Positions 52,217 to 63,249 of a stretch of DNA of 64,000 nucleotides are shown here, piece by piece. A program made the position numbers and the translations under genes. The first letter of the stretch is position 1, and each line of letters starts with the position of its first letter. Below the pieces are notes generated by a model, which saw only the letters and a program-made list of their open reading frames with translations, had not been told where the DNA came from and made no database searches. Origin of the DNA: an uncultured Spirochaetales bacterium (GTDB taxonomy: Bacteria > Desulfobacterota_D > UBA1144); contig CAYTRR010000012.1 in the NCBI GenBank assembly GCA_964440275.1, positions 8,146 through 72,145 on the forward strand, read 5' to 3'.

Positions 52217-52834
52217 TTATAACTGAAAAGAGTCATCAGGGCTCAACTCTTCTACAAACAAAGAGTTGTCTGAGATTATTATCGTTCCTCCACTTTCTTT
52301 GTATTTACCAATTGTCTGATTGAGGGTATTTACTGATTTAGAATCTAAATAGCTATATGGTTCATCTAACAATAAAACTTTTGAATTAATTAAAAAAGCA
52401 ATTACTAAAGCAACTCTTTTTTTTATTCCATCAGATAATTCACTAATTCTAGTATTCAAATAAGTATTGAGATTAAATATTTTTATTAATTCATTCATTC
52501 TCTCCTTTCCTTTCGAATCGAAGATATTGGAGAAGAAATATATATTCTCATCAATTGTCAGCCCTTCATAAAGATTTGACAAACTTGGCAAGTAAAATAT
52601 TTCATTATGAATTTCATATCCGATTTTTTTAATACTTATATTTTTATAAGAAACATTGCCTTCGTAATCTTCAATTTGAGATGCAATTATTTTCATCAAG
52701 GTTGATTTACCTGAACCATTATAGCCTTGTATCCAGAATATAGATTTGCTATTGATTTCTAAATTTAAAGCTTCAAAAACCAACTTTTCATTATAACTTT
52801 TCTTTAATGATTCAATTTTTAGTACAACGCCCAC
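52217..52834 (-). CDS. ccmA: Heme exporter ATP-binding protein CcmA
   Basis: Walker A GYNGSGKST; LSDG signature; 205 aa; first gene of the ccm operon. Confidence 0.75.
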   Translation of the reverse strand: MGVVLKIESLKKSYNEKLVFEALNLEINSKSIFWIQGYNGSGKSTLMKIIASQIEDYEGNVSYKNISIKKIGYEIHNEIFYLPSLSNLYEGLTIDENIYFFSNIFDSKGKERMNELIKIFNLNTYLNTRISELSDGIKKRVALVIAFLINSKVLLLDEPYSYLDSKSVNTLNQTIGKYKESGGTIIISDNSLFVEELSPDDSFQL

Positions 52835-52880
52835 GATATATAACTTTACTTAATCTGGTCGATAAATTAAAATTTGAATT

Positions 52881-53261
52881 GTGAAGTTCTTACATACCAT
52901 GATTAGAGTTGGTGATCTTGATAAATCCATAGATTTCTACACCAATATAATTGGTCTAAAGCTAGTGAGGAGAAAAGAGTACCCTCATGGCAATTTTACT
53001 TTAGCTTTTTTGTCTATAGAGGAAGCTGACCCTGAGCCTTTTTTAGAATTAACTTACAATTGGGGTATCCAGGAATATGACATAGGAAAAGGTTTTGGAC
53101 ATATTGCAATAGGAGTTGATGATATTTATTCAATTTGTGAAGCAATTAAAAGTAAAGGTGGTAAAATAACTAGAGAGCCGGGACCAATGACAGGAAGTAA
53201 ATCAATTTTAGCTTTCGTAGAGGACCCTGATGGCTACAAGATAGAGTTATTACAGAGATAA
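52881..53261 (+). CDS. gloA: Lactoylglutathione lyase (glyoxalase I)
   Basis: MKFLHTMIRVGDLDKSIDFYT...GHIAIGVDD; 126 aa VOC fold. Confidence 0.85.
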   Translation: MKFLHTMIRVGDLDKSIDFYTNIIGLKLVRRKEYPHGNFTLAFLSIEEADPEPFLELTYNWGIQEYDIGKGFGHIAIGVDDIYSICEAIKSKGGKITREPGPMTGSKSILAFVEDPDGYKIELLQR

Positions 53262-53262
53262 A

Positions 53263-53667
53263 ATGATATCTGTTACAAGGAAATCCAATTTTAATGCCGC
53301 TCATAGGTTGCATAACCCTAATTGGTCGGATGAAGAAAATGAACAATTTTATGGATTGTGCAACAACAAGAACTATCATGGGCACAACTATGAGCTAGAA
53401 GTTACAATTACAGGAACTATTGATTCTGAATCTGGTTATTTAATAGATTTAAAATATCTTGGAGATTTAATAGAAAATGAAATAGAAATAAGATTTGATC
53501 ATAAGAATTTAAATCTTGATACAGTAGAGTTTAAAGAATTAATTCCAACTGCTGAAAATATTGCCATAGTTATATGGAGAATACTTAGAGAAAAAATCAA
53601 GAAAGAACATAAAATCAAAATACGTCTTCACGAAACTTCAAGAAACTATGTTGAATACTCGGGTTAG
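53263..53667 (+). CDS. 6-pyruvoyl-tetrahydropterin synthase / QueD family protein
   Basis: Cx5HGH motif (LCNNKNYHGHNYELE); 134 aa. Confidence 0.8.
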   Translation: MISVTRKSNFNAAHRLHNPNWSDEENEQFYGLCNNKNYHGHNYELEVTITGTIDSESGYLIDLKYLGDLIENEIEIRFDHKNLNLDTVEFKELIPTAENIAIVIWRILREKIKKEHKIKIRLHETSRNYVEYSG

Positions 53668-53699
53668 AAGTTACAGCAATTTAGTTTATATTTATAATT

Positions 53700-54725
53700 A
53701 TGAATTTAAAACTTTTAAAAGAACTTTGTGACTGTCCTGGAATTCCAGGTTCTGAGAATCTTGTTTCTAAGATAGTACGTCGTGAATTAAAAAAGTTTTC
53801 TGAAGAAATAATAACAGACCCTATGGGTAATGTTATATTTAAAATTACTGACAATGATGGACCTAGAATTCTTGTTGATGCTCATATGGATGAAGTAGGA
53901 TTCATTGTTTCTCATATTGAAGAAGGTGGGATAATTAGAGTCATACCCTTAGGTGGGATAGACCCTAAACTTTTTTATGGACAAAGATTGACAATATGGG
54001 GCAAATCCGAAATAGACGTTACAGTCGGCGCTGTACCACCACATATTAGAAAAGATGGGGACAATGCACCGGAAATTGATGATTGCATTATAGATTCTGG
54101 AATTGAATACAGGAAATTGAAACAAATAGTAAAAGTTGGTGATTCAGTTACTTTTTCAACTAAATGTGTAATAGACAATAATAGAGTTCTTTCAAAAGCA
54201 TTAGATGATAGGGTTGGGCTTTTTGTAGCAATTGAAACCGTTAAGAAGCTTAAGAAACAAAATCTCAAATGTCAGTTAACTGTTTCTGCTTCTGTGCAGG
54301 AGGAAATGGGCCTAAGAGGTGCAAGAATAATAAATTCAAGGGTTAGACCTGATTTTTCTATTGCACTTGAAGGTACAGTATCCAATGATTTACCTGGAGT
54401 ACCAAAGCATAAAACTTTAGCAAAATTAAGAAATGGCCCTGAAATACGCATATCAGATAAATACTTAATTGCTGACAGAGATTTTAATGCATTTATCGAA
54501 AATATTGCTAAATCTAAAAAGATAAATTATCAATTAACAGCAAAAAATGCAGGCGGAACAAATTCAACCGCGTTTCAAGTCACAGGGGAAGGGTCAAAAG
54601 CAACTGTGTTGTCCGTACCGGTAAGATATCTTCATAGTCCGAGCTCAGTAGCTATTTTGAAAGATATAGAGCAAACCATAAAACTACTTTCGCTAACTAT
54701 TTCGAACATACATAAATTTAAGTGA
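53700..54725 (+). CDS. M42 family aminopeptidase/endoglucanase-like (FrvX/YsdC-like)
   Basis: HMDEVGF and ALDDRVG metal-binding motifs; 341 aa. Confidence 0.8.
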   Translation: MNLKLLKELCDCPGIPGSENLVSKIVRRELKKFSEEIITDPMGNVIFKITDNDGPRILVDAHMDEVGFIVSHIEEGGIIRVIPLGGIDPKLFYGQRLTIWGKSEIDVTVGAVPPHIRKDGDNAPEIDDCIIDSGIEYRKLKQIVKVGDSVTFSTKCVIDNNRVLSKALDDRVGLFVAIETVKKLKKQNLKCQLTVSASVQEEMGLRGARIINSRVRPDFSIALEGTVSNDLPGVPKHKTLAKLRNGPEIRISDKYLIADRDFNAFIENIAKSKKINYQLTAKNAGGTNSTAFQVTGEGSKATVLSVPVRYLHSPSSVAILKDIEQTIKLLSLTISNIHKFK

Positions 54726-55051
54726 TGCGAGACAACATAATCATAGATATTTTTAACAGATCTTTTAAAGAAAACCCTCCCTTTTCAATTAATTTAGTAG
54801 AAAAAAGAATTGTTGAATTAAAGATTGATAATCAAGATTTAGCTCTAATTGAAACTTTATCAGAAGATGAATTAGATGAAATGGTTCATAAAATAAGAGA
54901 TGAGAACAAGAAACTTGTTGAAGAGCTGTCGAATCAACAATCTAATAAGAATGAATTAGAAGTTCAATTATTGGATAATTTTTTCATAGAAATAGTTAGC
55001 ACAATAGATCGAGTTTATAATTTAATAATAAGTAGGCAGCTGGGGGGCTAG
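54722..55051 (+). CDS. Hypothetical coiled-coil protein (109 aa), start overlaps the M42 stop (ATGA)
   Basis: ORF only; acidic, heptad-like central region; no family recognised. Confidence 0.4.
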   Translation: MMRDNIIIDIFNRSFKENPPFSINLVEKRIVELKIDNQDLALIETLSEDELDEMVHKIRDENKKLVEELSNQQSNKNELEVQLLDNFFIEIVSTIDRVYNLIISRQLGG

Positions 55052-55120
55052 CCAAACTACCCTTTCCTCTCCAATACATTGCAATTAAGCGATAATCTGT
55101 TAAAAATATAGTGCTGGGTC

Positions 55121-55483
55121 ATGATGCAATACAGTTATTTTCTCGTAATTTTTATTGCTATTATTAGCATACCACTTTTAATGATTCTAACTTCTAAAGT
55201 AATTAAGTTTACGATAGGTAGAAAGTCTACTCCTTTAGACTCTATATATGAATGCGGCGAACCAAGCATCGAAAGCTCTTGGAAACAAATACCAATTTCA
55301 TATTTTAAAATTGCTTTAATTTTTATTCTTTTTGATATAGAACTGGTTTTTATTTTTCCATGGATTTTAAGTCTCAGCGATCCTACTAAGTTATCTTATT
55401 TATCCTTTATTACTTTCATAATAATACTGTTTATAGGCTGGATTTACGCATATAAAAAGGGTTATTTAAAATGGGAAATGTAA
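55121..55483 (+). CDS. nuoA: NADH-quinone oxidoreductase subunit A
   Basis: YECGEP...[11 protein letters not shown] motif; 3 TM. Confidence 0.9.
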   Translation: MMQYSYFLVIFIAIISIPLLMILTSKVIKFTIGRKSTPLDSIYECGEPSIESSWKQIPISYFKIALIFILFDIELVFIFPWILSLSDPTKLSYLSFITFIIILFIGWIYAYKKGYLKWEM

Positions 55484-56463
55484 AAAAATCATTAGAAGAG
55501 ATAGGGTTCTTTTCCAAAGTTCCTGGAGCTAATTTATTTATTACCAATACTAGTAAATTATTTAATTGGGCCCAAAAATCTAGTCTCTGGCCACTATCAT
55601 TTGGTCTTGCATGTTGTGCAATCGAAATGATGGCAACTTTTTCTTCTAGATACGATCTTGATAGGCTTGGAATGATAACAAGAGCTTCTCCAAGGCAAGC
55701 GGATTTAATGATAATTGCTGGAACTGTTACAGTTAAAATGTCTGAGAGGATTAAAACTTTATATGATCAGATGGCATCCCCTAAATGGGTAATTGCTGCA
55801 GGTAGTTGCGCAATATCTGGAGATCATTATAGACACATATACAGTGTAGTACCAGGTGTTGATTGGGTAATACCTGTAGACGTTTATGTTCCAGGTTGTC
55901 CCCCGACACCTGAAGCATTTATCGAAGGCATACTTGAGTTGCAAAATATTATCACGACCGGGAAAACTTCACCAACAAAGAATGTACCAAAATGCATAGA
56001 AAACGAAATTCCAATTAATAACAATAAAATCAAAAAACAAAAGAATTTAATTCTAAATAATTTTATTGAAAAAGATGACATTCTTGATTATGCATTACAA
56101 TTTAAAAATAAAGGTTTTCAGTATCTTAAATTTATAACCGCTACCGATTTTGAAGAAGGTTTGATCTTAACCTATGTAATTTCTAATAACAATCTGAAGG
56201 AAGATGTTGAATTTAATATTAGTCTTAACAAAAGTTTTGAAATAGATTCGCTATCTCAAATATTTACTGGAGCAAACTGGCAAGAAAGGGAGATATATGA
56301 TTTATTTGGAATCAATTTTGTTGCCCATCCAAACTTAAAAAGAATAATGATGCCAGAAGATTGGATTGGTCATCCCTTGAGAAAGGAATATTCTATGGAC
56401 TCGCATAATTTACCATATCGTCCAACCAGAGAGGAGTATGAAGCTTGGAAGACAAAATTGTAG
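55471..56463 (+). CDS. nuoBC: Fused NADH-quinone oxidoreductase subunits B and C (NuoB N2-cluster domain + NuoC 30-kDa domain), 330 aa
   Basis: NuoB: CCAIEMM, GSCA, GCPP cysteine ligands. NuoC: [31 protein letters not shown]. Single uninterrupted ORF. Confidence 0.85.
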   Translation: MGNVKKSLEEIGFFSKVPGANLFITNTSKLFNWAQKSSLWPLSFGLACCAIEMMATFSSRYDLDRLGMITRASPRQADLMIIAGTVTVKMSERIKTLYDQMASPKWVIAAGSCAISGDHYRHIYSVVPGVDWVIPVDVYVPGCPPTPEAFIEGILELQNIITTGKTSPTKNVPKCIENEIPINNNKIKKQKNLILNNFIEKDDILDYALQFKNKGFQYLKFITATDFEEGLILTYVISNNNLKEDVEFNISLNKSFEIDSLSQIFTGANWQEREIYDLFGINFVAHPNLKRIMMPEDWIGHPLRKEYSMDSHNLPYRPTREEYEAWKTKL

Positions 56464-57587
56464 AACAAGACTTTGGTGATTTAGCAATCAATATGGGGCC
56501 ACAACATCCTTCTACTCATGGTGTGTTTAGGCTAAAACTTCACCTACAGGGGGAAAAAATCAATAAAGTTGAATCTTATCTTGGTTATCTTCATAGAGGA
56601 GTTGAGAAATTAACTGAAGTCTTACATTACGATATGATTCCACCTGTACTTGAAAGAGATGATTATTTATCCCCTACTTCTAATTCACTTGGTTTTGTTA
56701 ACGTAGTTGAAAAGATGTGTGAGATTGAAGTACCAAGGAAAGCTTCATACATAAGAGTTCTTGTAGCGGAACTTCAGAGAATTAGTTCTCACTTAGTTGC
56801 ACTTGGAACATATGGACTTGATTTGGGTGGAGCTTTAGGTGGTGGAGCAAGTCTGTTTCTTTACTGCTTCCGAGAAAGAGAAAAAATCCTTGATATTATG
56901 GAGGAACTCACGGGCACCCGCTTTCATACAAATATTAATCAGATTGGTGGAGTGAGGTATGATTTAAAGCCAGAATTAGTAGTTAAAATTCATGATTTGA
57001 TTTCATATTTAAGACCATTGTTGCTCGAATATGACAACATGTTCTCTCAAGACGAAATAATTAAAAAAAGGACCAAAAATATTGGAGTAATATCTAAAGA
57101 ATTAGCAAATGAAAATGGATGCTCTGGGCCTGTATCTAGAGCTTCCGGCATTGATTTCGACATAAGAAAGAATTCTCCATACGAATGTTATGAAGAACTT
57201 GATTTCACCATCCCTCTTGGTAAAAATGGTGATGCGTATGATAGAACTATAGTAAGAATTAGGGAGAATATGCAATCCCTTAAAATTGTTGAGCAAATAA
57301 TAGAAGGTGTTCCTTCTGGTGATTTGTGTTCTCGAAAGCCTCTGAAAAGTGCGAAGCTAATAAGACCACCTAAAGGTTCTTTTTATTCTTCTGTGGAATC
57401 GCCCAGAGGAGAGCTTGGTTTTTTTGTTGTTTCAGATGGAACTTCCATACCATACAGAATGAAAATTAGAGCCCCCTCTTTTTCAAACTTATCTGTAATT
57501 GAAAAAATATTGCCAGGAAATTATGTTGCCGATTCAGTAGCAATACTAGGTTCCCTTGACCCTGTTTTTGGAGATGTAGATAGGTAA
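56445..57587 (+). CDS. nuoD: NADH-quinone oxidoreductase subunit D (49-kDa); TTG start overlapping nuoBC by 19 nt, or the ATG at ~56490
   Basis: [15 protein letters not shown] and [11 protein letters not shown] motifs. Confidence 0.9.
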   Translation: MEDKIVEQDFGDLAINMGPQHPSTHGVFRLKLHLQGEKINKVESYLGYLHRGVEKLTEVLHYDMIPPVLERDDYLSPTSNSLGFVNVVEKMCEIEVPRKASYIRVLVAELQRISSHLVALGTYGLDLGGALGGGASLFLYCFREREKILDIMEELTGTRFHTNINQIGGVRYDLKPELVVKIHDLISYLRPLLLEYDNMFSQDEIIKKRTKNIGVISKELANENGCSGPVSRASGIDFDIRKNSPYECYEELDFTIPLGKNGDAYDRTIVRIRENMQSLKIVEQIIEGVPSGDLCSRKPLKSAKLIRPPKGSFYSSVESPRGELGFFVVSDGTSIPYRMKIRAPSFSNLSVIEKILPGNYVADSVAILGSLDPVFGDVDR

Positions 57588-58558
57588 TGTTTAGTGATTT
57601 TATAGAATTTAGCGTTCCTATATTTAAATCAGTATCTGTGCTAATACTAATCGTTGCGTACTTGGTATGGCTGGAAAGAAAAGTGGCAGCAAGAATTCAA
57701 TCTAGAATTGGGCCTTATCTTGTTGGAAAACCTCATGGCTGGCTTCAACCATTGGCTGATGCATTAAAATTAATGATAAAAGATGATTCTATGCCTAAAA
57801 ATTCTGATTCACTATTGTTTAACTTTGGTCCTATATGGGTAATGGTTGTAAGTCTAGCATCATTTGCTCTTTTGCCATTCTATTTTGACAATCCTATGAT
57901 TAATGCTGATTTGAGTCTAATGCTCTTTATCGCCATTAGCTCTTTAATAATTGTTGGAATTTTTGTATCTGGATGGTCATCAAACAACAAGTATGCTTTG
58001 ATATCTGTAATAAGAACTACAGCTCAAATCATATCCTATGAAATTCCGTTAGTAATTTCATTGCTGATTCCTTGCATTCTTATTGGGAGTCTGAGTTTTG
58101 CCGATATAATTAATTCACAAAAAGATACATGGACAATTTTTTATCCTTTCCTCGGACAAATTAGTTTTATCATCTTTTTTATCTCTGCCCTAGCTGAAGG
58201 AAATAGAATACCGTTTGATCTTTCAGAAGCAGAATCTGAGCTTGTTTCTGGCTATACAACTGAATATTCAGGTATTAAATTTGCAATTTTTTACTTAGCT
58301 GAATATGCACATCTTTTTGGAATTTCGGTGCTTGGCTCAATAGTTTTTTTTGGTGGACCCAATGGTCCTTTTTTTGATTCAAATATAATAATCGTACTAA
58401 AAGCATTGGTTTTCTTTACATTGATATTATTTATTAGATGGAGCTTCTTTAGAATTAGAATAGACCAATTATTAAGGTTTAATTGGATAAAATTAATTCC
58501 AATATCTTTTGTAGCATTGTTATTCGCGTGTTTCATTAAATATTTTGGTGATTTTTAG
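57587..58558 (+). CDS. nuoH: NADH-quinone oxidoreductase subunit H
   Basis: ND1-like 8-TM protein; RIQSRIGP and EAESELVSGY motifs. Confidence 0.9.
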   Translation: MFSDFIEFSVPIFKSVSVLILIVAYLVWLERKVAARIQSRIGPYLVGKPHGWLQPLADALKLMIKDDSMPKNSDSLLFNFGPIWVMVVSLASFALLPFYFDNPMINADLSLMLFIAISSLIIVGIFVSGWSSNNKYALISVIRTTAQIISYEIPLVISLLIPCILIGSLSFADIINSQKDTWTIFYPFLGQISFIIFFISALAEGNRIPFDLSEAESELVSGYTTEYSGIKFAIFYLAEYAHLFGISVLGSIVFFGGPNGPFFDSNIIIVLKALVFFTLILFIRWSFFRIRIDQLLRFNWIKLIPISFVALLFACFIKYFGDF

Positions 58559-59057
58559 TAATATGAATATAGTAAAGATAACTAAAAACATTTTTAGAAA
58601 TTTAGGATTCACTCTTAAGAATATTCCGAAAAAAAGTATTACGATTAATTACCCACTAGAGAAAAGAGAATTACCAGAAAGATTGAGACTTGGAACTTTT
58701 GGTTTAACTGCCAACAAAGAAACAGGAGATGAGAATTGTATTGCCTGTAAACTTTGTGAAAGAATTTGTCCTTCTCAAATAATAGAGATTGAAATCGAGA
58801 AAAGAGACGGTAGAGGATGGGCGAAAATTTTTAATCTTGACTTACAAAGCTGCATTCAATGCGAATTATGTGTTCAGATCTGTCCAGTTGATGCTATTAT
58901 CATGATGAAAACTCCAGAGAAACCTGTAACATTGAGGTCCGATTTGTTTTTAACAAAATCCAAAATGATGAAAAATGCAACAGAGTTAGAAGAATCGTGG
59001 GCAAGAGGAAGTTTTTTGCAAAATTCTCAAAAGCCAACTCTGGGTGACAAAAAATGA
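58545..59057 (+). CDS. nuoI: NADH-quinone oxidoreductase subunit I (likely true start ATG at 58563)
   Basis: Two 4Fe-4S motifs CIACKLCERICP and CIQCELCVQICP. Confidence 0.9.
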   Translation: MVIFSNMNIVKITKNIFRNLGFTLKNIPKKSITINYPLEKRELPERLRLGTFGLTANKETGDENCIACKLCERICPSQIIEIEIEKRDGRGWAKIFNLDLQSCIQCELCVQICPVDAIIMMKTPEKPVTLRSDLFLTKSKMMKNATELEESWARGSFLQNSQKPTLGDKK

Positions 59058-59563
59058 TTAACAGTATTGTTTTGATTTTTTGTATTCTTTCAATTCTTTC
59101 TGCATTTGCAACATCGATGAGTTCTAAAATTATTAGGTCTGCATTCTTTTTCGGAGTAACTCTATTCCTTATTGCCTTTATTTTTATACTTGTGGGATCT
59201 GCTTTGTTAGGGACTGTTCAAATACTCCTTTATACTGGGGGGACTTTAATATTATTTCTCTTTGCAATAATTCTGACCGGAAACTGGGACTATAAAAATC
59301 TTGGTGAATCTTTTAATCGACCAATAAGAGCACTTGTTGTTTCATTTCTTTTTTTCATTAGCATTTCTTTTTTGTTTTCTCAATCAGAAACATTTATAGA
59401 GCTAGAGAAGAATTTTAATGGTTCCACAATCTTTTCATCAAAAGAGATAAGCAGCTCTTTGTTTAATGACTGGTTTGCTCTATTAGAAATATCTTCAGTT
59501 CTTTTACTTGCAACTATTGTTGGATGTTTAACTTTGCTTAAGTTTAGGAAGGAAATAAAATAG
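59054..59563 (+). CDS. nuoJ: NADH-quinone oxidoreductase subunit J
   Basis: 169-aa 5-TM protein in the conserved position between nuoI and nuoK. Confidence 0.8.
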   Translation: MINSIVLIFCILSILSAFATSMSSKIIRSAFFFGVTLFLIAFIFILVGSALLGTVQILLYTGGTLILFLFAIILTGNWDYKNLGESFNRPIRALVVSFLFFISISFLFSQSETFIELEKNFNGSTIFSSKEISSSLFNDWFALLEISSVLLLATIVGCLTLLKFRKEIK

Positions 59564-59564
59564 A

Positions 59565-59864
59565 ATGTTTATGGTTCTTGTTTACACATCCATTCTTATA
59601 AGTTCAATAGGAATTTTCATGTTACTGAGCAAAAGACATATATTGTCAATTCTTATAGGAATAGAGCTTTTCTTAAATGGTATAAACTTATTATTTATAA
59701 CAATCTCCAAGGCTCATGCAAATGAGATTGCTAACATCTTTATTCTTTTTGTATTAGTCATTACAGCCTGTGAGGTTGCTATAGGCTTAGCAATTTTCTT
59801 AATAAATCAAAGAACTAACAATACTATCGACATAGACGACTTAGATAAATTGAAGGACTTTTAA
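59565..59864 (+). CDS. nuoK: NADH-quinone oxidoreductase subunit K
   Basis: 99 aa, 3 TM; conserved Glu residues in TM helices (GIELFLNG..., ACEVAIGLAIFL). Confidence 0.9.
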   Translation: MFMVLVYTSILISSIGIFMLLSKRHILSILIGIELFLNGINLLFITISKAHANEIANIFILFVLVITACEVAIGLAIFLINQRTNNTIDIDDLDKLKDF

Positions 59865-59866
59865 GA

Positions 59867-61738
59867 ATGAATTTTGTTGATTTAATTATATTTTTATCAG
59901 TTTTGCCAATAGCCTCAGTGTATTTAAATAATGTGCTAAAAGGTCCAAGGCAACTTGCCTGGATTCTACCAACTATTTTATACTCTGTAATAATTGCATT
60001 AATCATTCCTGTATATTCTTATGATTTATTATCTGACATCAATGGAACAACTAGTTTTAATTTTATAAATATTGGAGTTCTTTTAAAAGACTCTTGGTTT
60101 CTTCCTATAACGTTTCATTTAGGAATAAAATTATATACATTGATTTCGCTAGTGGTATTACTCATCTCTGTTTTGATACTAATCTATTCTTCTAAGTTTA
60201 TCGCTGAAGAATCTTATGCAAGATATAATAAATATTTTCTTTTCCTTACAATTTTTATTACAGCTATGTTCTTATTTGTCATTTCAAACGATTTGCTAGG
60301 TAGTTTTATCTTTTGGGAATTTCTCGGCTTAGCATCATATTTTCTGATAGGGTTTTGGAATAAGGATGACGAAGCAATTAAATCTTCTACAATTGCTTTT
60401 TGGATTACTAGAGTTGGTGACTTATTTTTCTTATCAGGAATTATAATTATTGTATCTAAATTAGGATCGCTTAATTTTATTTTATTTGATTCTACAATTC
60501 TTCCTGAGAATTCAATATTTATGTCTACTGGGATTATCTTTATTATTATTGGGGTGCTAACTAAATCAGCTCAATTTCCTTTCAACATATGGTTACCGAA
60601 AGCTATGAAGGGACCTACTCCTGTATCTGCATTAATTCACTCAGCAACTATGGTTGTTGCTGGTGTTATCCTTTTGGTAAAGCTGTCTCCTACATTGTTT
60701 GCCAATATACCTTCTATAGACAATGCTCTAGAGTTTTTATTCTATATAGGCCTGGTTTCTACATTTGTAGGTTCTATTATGGCGTACAGAGAAAACGACA
60801 TAAAAAAAATTCTTGCTTTCTCAACTATTTCTCATATTGGTCTCATGTATATTGCAATAGGTCTTGGACATGGAATGGCTGCTGAATATCATTTGTTCTC
60901 TCATAGTTTCTTTAAATCAATGTTGTTTTTACTTGCAGGTGTCGTAATAGCAACGATAGGTACTTCAGACTTGCACAAATTAAAAGGAAGCATACAAACT
61001 ACTTCTCTAACTGGGATAGTGCTTCTTGTTGGATGTCTTTCATTGTCTTCAATTTATTTTTTCACTGGTTCAGATTCAAAAGAAATTATTTTAATGGAAG
61101 TATTTAATGAAAAAAAATACTTAGAGCTAGGATTATTAATCATCAGTGTTGTTTTCACTGCATTATATACATCAAGGCTTTATTTTTATTTAACCGATTT
61201 TAAATTTAAAAATTTAATCAATAAAAAAATGCAAGAAATTAGTTGGTTCTATTATTTGCCCTTACTAGTTTTAGCATTTTTTTCAACCTTTGGACCATTA
61301 ACAAAAGAAATCTTTTTAGATTCAATACCTTTTGATGTGAGTAATTTTAATATAGATATTGTTTTTCTGATCTCGATTCAGCTAATTATATTTGTTTCTA
61401 TATACGTCAATTATTTTTATGAAGAAAAAATACAGAATTTAACTTTCAGCTTAGACAAATTGGCTAAAAGTGTTTTTAATTCTGAACCAATTTATCTTGA
61501 AATATACAATAAGTTTTTTAAGTCCCTTGCTAATTCTATTGCTTGGTTTGATAGGAATATCTTAGATGGATTGATAAATATCATTCCATTCAAACTTCTT
61601 AGTGTCTCAAAGGTTTTAATGGAAATGCAAGATGGCATAGCTAGGAAGTATGCTATAAGGATGGTTTTGTTTTTCATTCTCCTTGCCTTCTTTGCTGCGA
61701 TATTGTCTAACATGTCTCATGCCGGAGAATTATTATGA
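59867..61738 (+). CDS. nuoL: NADH-quinone oxidoreductase subunit L
   Basis: 623-aa antiporter-like subunit; WEFLGLASYFLIGFW; SAQFPFNIWLPKAMKGPTPVSALIHSATMV. Confidence 0.9.
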   Translation: MNFVDLIIFLSVLPIASVYLNNVLKGPRQLAWILPTILYSVIIALIIPVYSYDLLSDINGTTSFNFINIGVLLKDSWFLPITFHLGIKLYTLISLVVLLISVLILIYSSKFIAEESYARYNKYFLFLTIFITAMFLFVISNDLLGSFIFWEFLGLASYFLIGFWNKDDEAIKSSTIAFWITRVGDLFFLSGIIIIVSKLGSLNFILFDSTILPENSIFMSTGIIFIIIGVLTKSAQFPFNIWLPKAMKGPTPVSALIHSATMVVAGVILLVKLSPTLFANIPSIDNALEFLFYIGLVSTFVGSIMAYRENDIKKILAFSTISHIGLMYIAIGLGHGMAAEYHLFSHSFFKSMLFLLAGVVIATIGTSDLHKLKGSIQTTSLTGIVLLVGCLSLSSIYFFTGSDSKEIILMEVFNEKKYLELGLLIISVVFTALYTSRLYFYLTDFKFKNLINKKMQEISWFYYLPLLVLAFFSTFGPLTKEIFLDSIPFDVSNFNIDIVFLISIQLIIFVSIYVNYFYEEKIQNLTFSLDKLAKSVFNSEPIYLEIYNKFFKSLANSIAWFDRNILDGLINIIPFKLLSVSKVLMEMQDGIARKYAIRMVLFFILLAFFAAILSNMSHAGELL

Positions 61739-63249
61739 CCTACTTGTTATTAATTTTAGTTTTTCCTATATTTGTATCAATTATTATAAATTCGTTTAAA
61801 GACAAGCAGCAGATTGTAAAATATTTACCTATATTATCTTCATTCATGACATTTTTCATAATTTCAATATTCACATACTTTTCTAGGTCTAATGAATATG
61901 GAGACTCCATTACACTTTATAGTCTTTTTCCTAGTTTAGGAATATCAATGAGCTTTATTTCAACCAATATATCTATAGCGTTATTGTTTTTGTCTAACAT
62001 AACAATCACGACTGCCTTATTTTCTACTTTAAAAACTGAAAAAAGGTTAAATGAAATTAATACTTTAATTTTGCTAATATCTGTGGGCATATATGGGCTA
62101 ATTTTATCAGATGATTTATTTGTATTTTTTCTTTTCTACGAAATAGCAGTTGTTCCTATGTTCCTAATGATTATGAATTGGGGATACAACCTAGAAAGAG
62201 AAGTGTCAGGTCCATTCTCCAAAGTTTTAAATTATTTAGCTGTTGGTACTAAAAATTACGGCGCATATAAAATTACAATGTATTTGCTTTTTGGCTCTTT
62301 GTTGATATTTTTTGGTCTTGCTGTTATAGGGATTTCAGAAGGTACTTTTTCTATAAGTTCAATAGTCTCTAGTAAAGAAATTTTTTCATCTAATAATTTA
62401 TTTGCATTCTTCTTACTCTTTATAGGTTTCGGTTCTCATTCTGCACTTTGGCCTTTTCATACTTGGGTACCTGATGGACATGGAACTGCGCCAACTGCTG
62501 GATCTATAATCTTTGCTGGAATTCTTATGAAAATAGGGATTATCGGATTTATTAAAATTATCATACCTATCCTTAGCCTTGCATTTACTGAATATACCTC
62601 TTTGCTGATAATATTAGCTTCTATAAATATAATTTATGGAGCTTTTACTGCTATGATGCAAGACGACTTAAAATATTTAGCAGCTTATGCTTCATTGTCT
62701 CATATAGGATATATCTTTCTTGCATTAGCTATGAATTCGCACTTAGGTATGGTTGGAGCTATAACACAAACAATATCTCATGGATTAATAATATGTTTAC
62801 TCTTCTATTCAGTTGGGATTATTCACCGAATAAAAAAAACGAGATCTATTAAAGAGTTAAGCTCAATGGTCGACGATTCACCTAATCTAGGATATGTATT
62901 TATTTTCGCAGCATTTGCTAGTATTGGCTTTCCTTTGACTAGTGGTTTTGTAGCAGAGTTTTTGATAATGCTTAGTGTATACCACTCAAATCAATATCTT
63001 CTACTTATTGTTCCAATATTTGGAATTTTTATAACAACAATTTATATGTTTAGGACAGTAAAAAAAATATGCTTAAGATTTGTTGACTCTAACAATATAA
63101 AAAGAGACTTAGAAATAGATGATAAAACAATATGCTATATTTTGGTAATTTTGATATGTTTAATAGGAATATTCCCGAGTTTTGTAACTAGTTTTATTCA
63201 GGCTGAACCATACTATATAATCCGTGAGGTAAGCATATGGAGTCAATAA
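61735..63249 (+). CDS. nuoM: NADH-quinone oxidoreductase subunit M
   Basis: 504-aa antiporter-like subunit; FFLFYEIAVVPMFLMI; HTWVPDGHGTAPTAGS. Confidence 0.9.
   Translation: MTYLLLILVFPIFVSIIINSFKDKQQIVKYLPILSSFMTFFIISIFTYFSRSNEYGDSITLYSLFPSLGISMSFISTNISIALLFLSNITITTALFSTLKTEKRLNEINTLILLISVGIYGLILSDDLFVFFLFYEIAVVPMFLMIMNWGYNLEREVSGPFSKVLNYLAVGTKNYGAYKITMYLLFGSLLIFFGLAVIGISEGTFSISSIVSSKEIFSSNNLFAFFLLFIGFGSHSALWPFHTWVPDGHGTAPTAGSIIFAGILMKIGIIGFIKIIIPILSLAFTEYTSLLIILASINIIYGAFTAMMQDDLKYLAAYASLSHIGYIFLALAMNSHLGMVGAITQTISHGLIICLLFYSVGIIHRIKKTRSIKELSSMVDDSPNLGYVFIFAAFASIGFPLTSGFVAEFLIMLSVYHSNQYLLLIVPIFGIFITTIYMFRTVKKICLRFVDSNNIKRDLEIDDKTICYILVILICLIGIFPSFVTSFIQAEPYYIIREVSIWSQ

Noticed and set aside
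53170-53385. 71-aa minus-strand ORF across the gloA/PTPS junction
   Set aside because: Antisense to two well-supported genes; no motifs.
56445-56463. Possibility that nuoBC and nuoD form one NuoBCD polypeptide via a frameshift
   Set aside because: A clean in-frame TAG ends nuoBC and nuoD has its own start codons (TTG 56445 / ATG ~56490). Overlapping starts are common in this window, so separate genes are the simpler reading.
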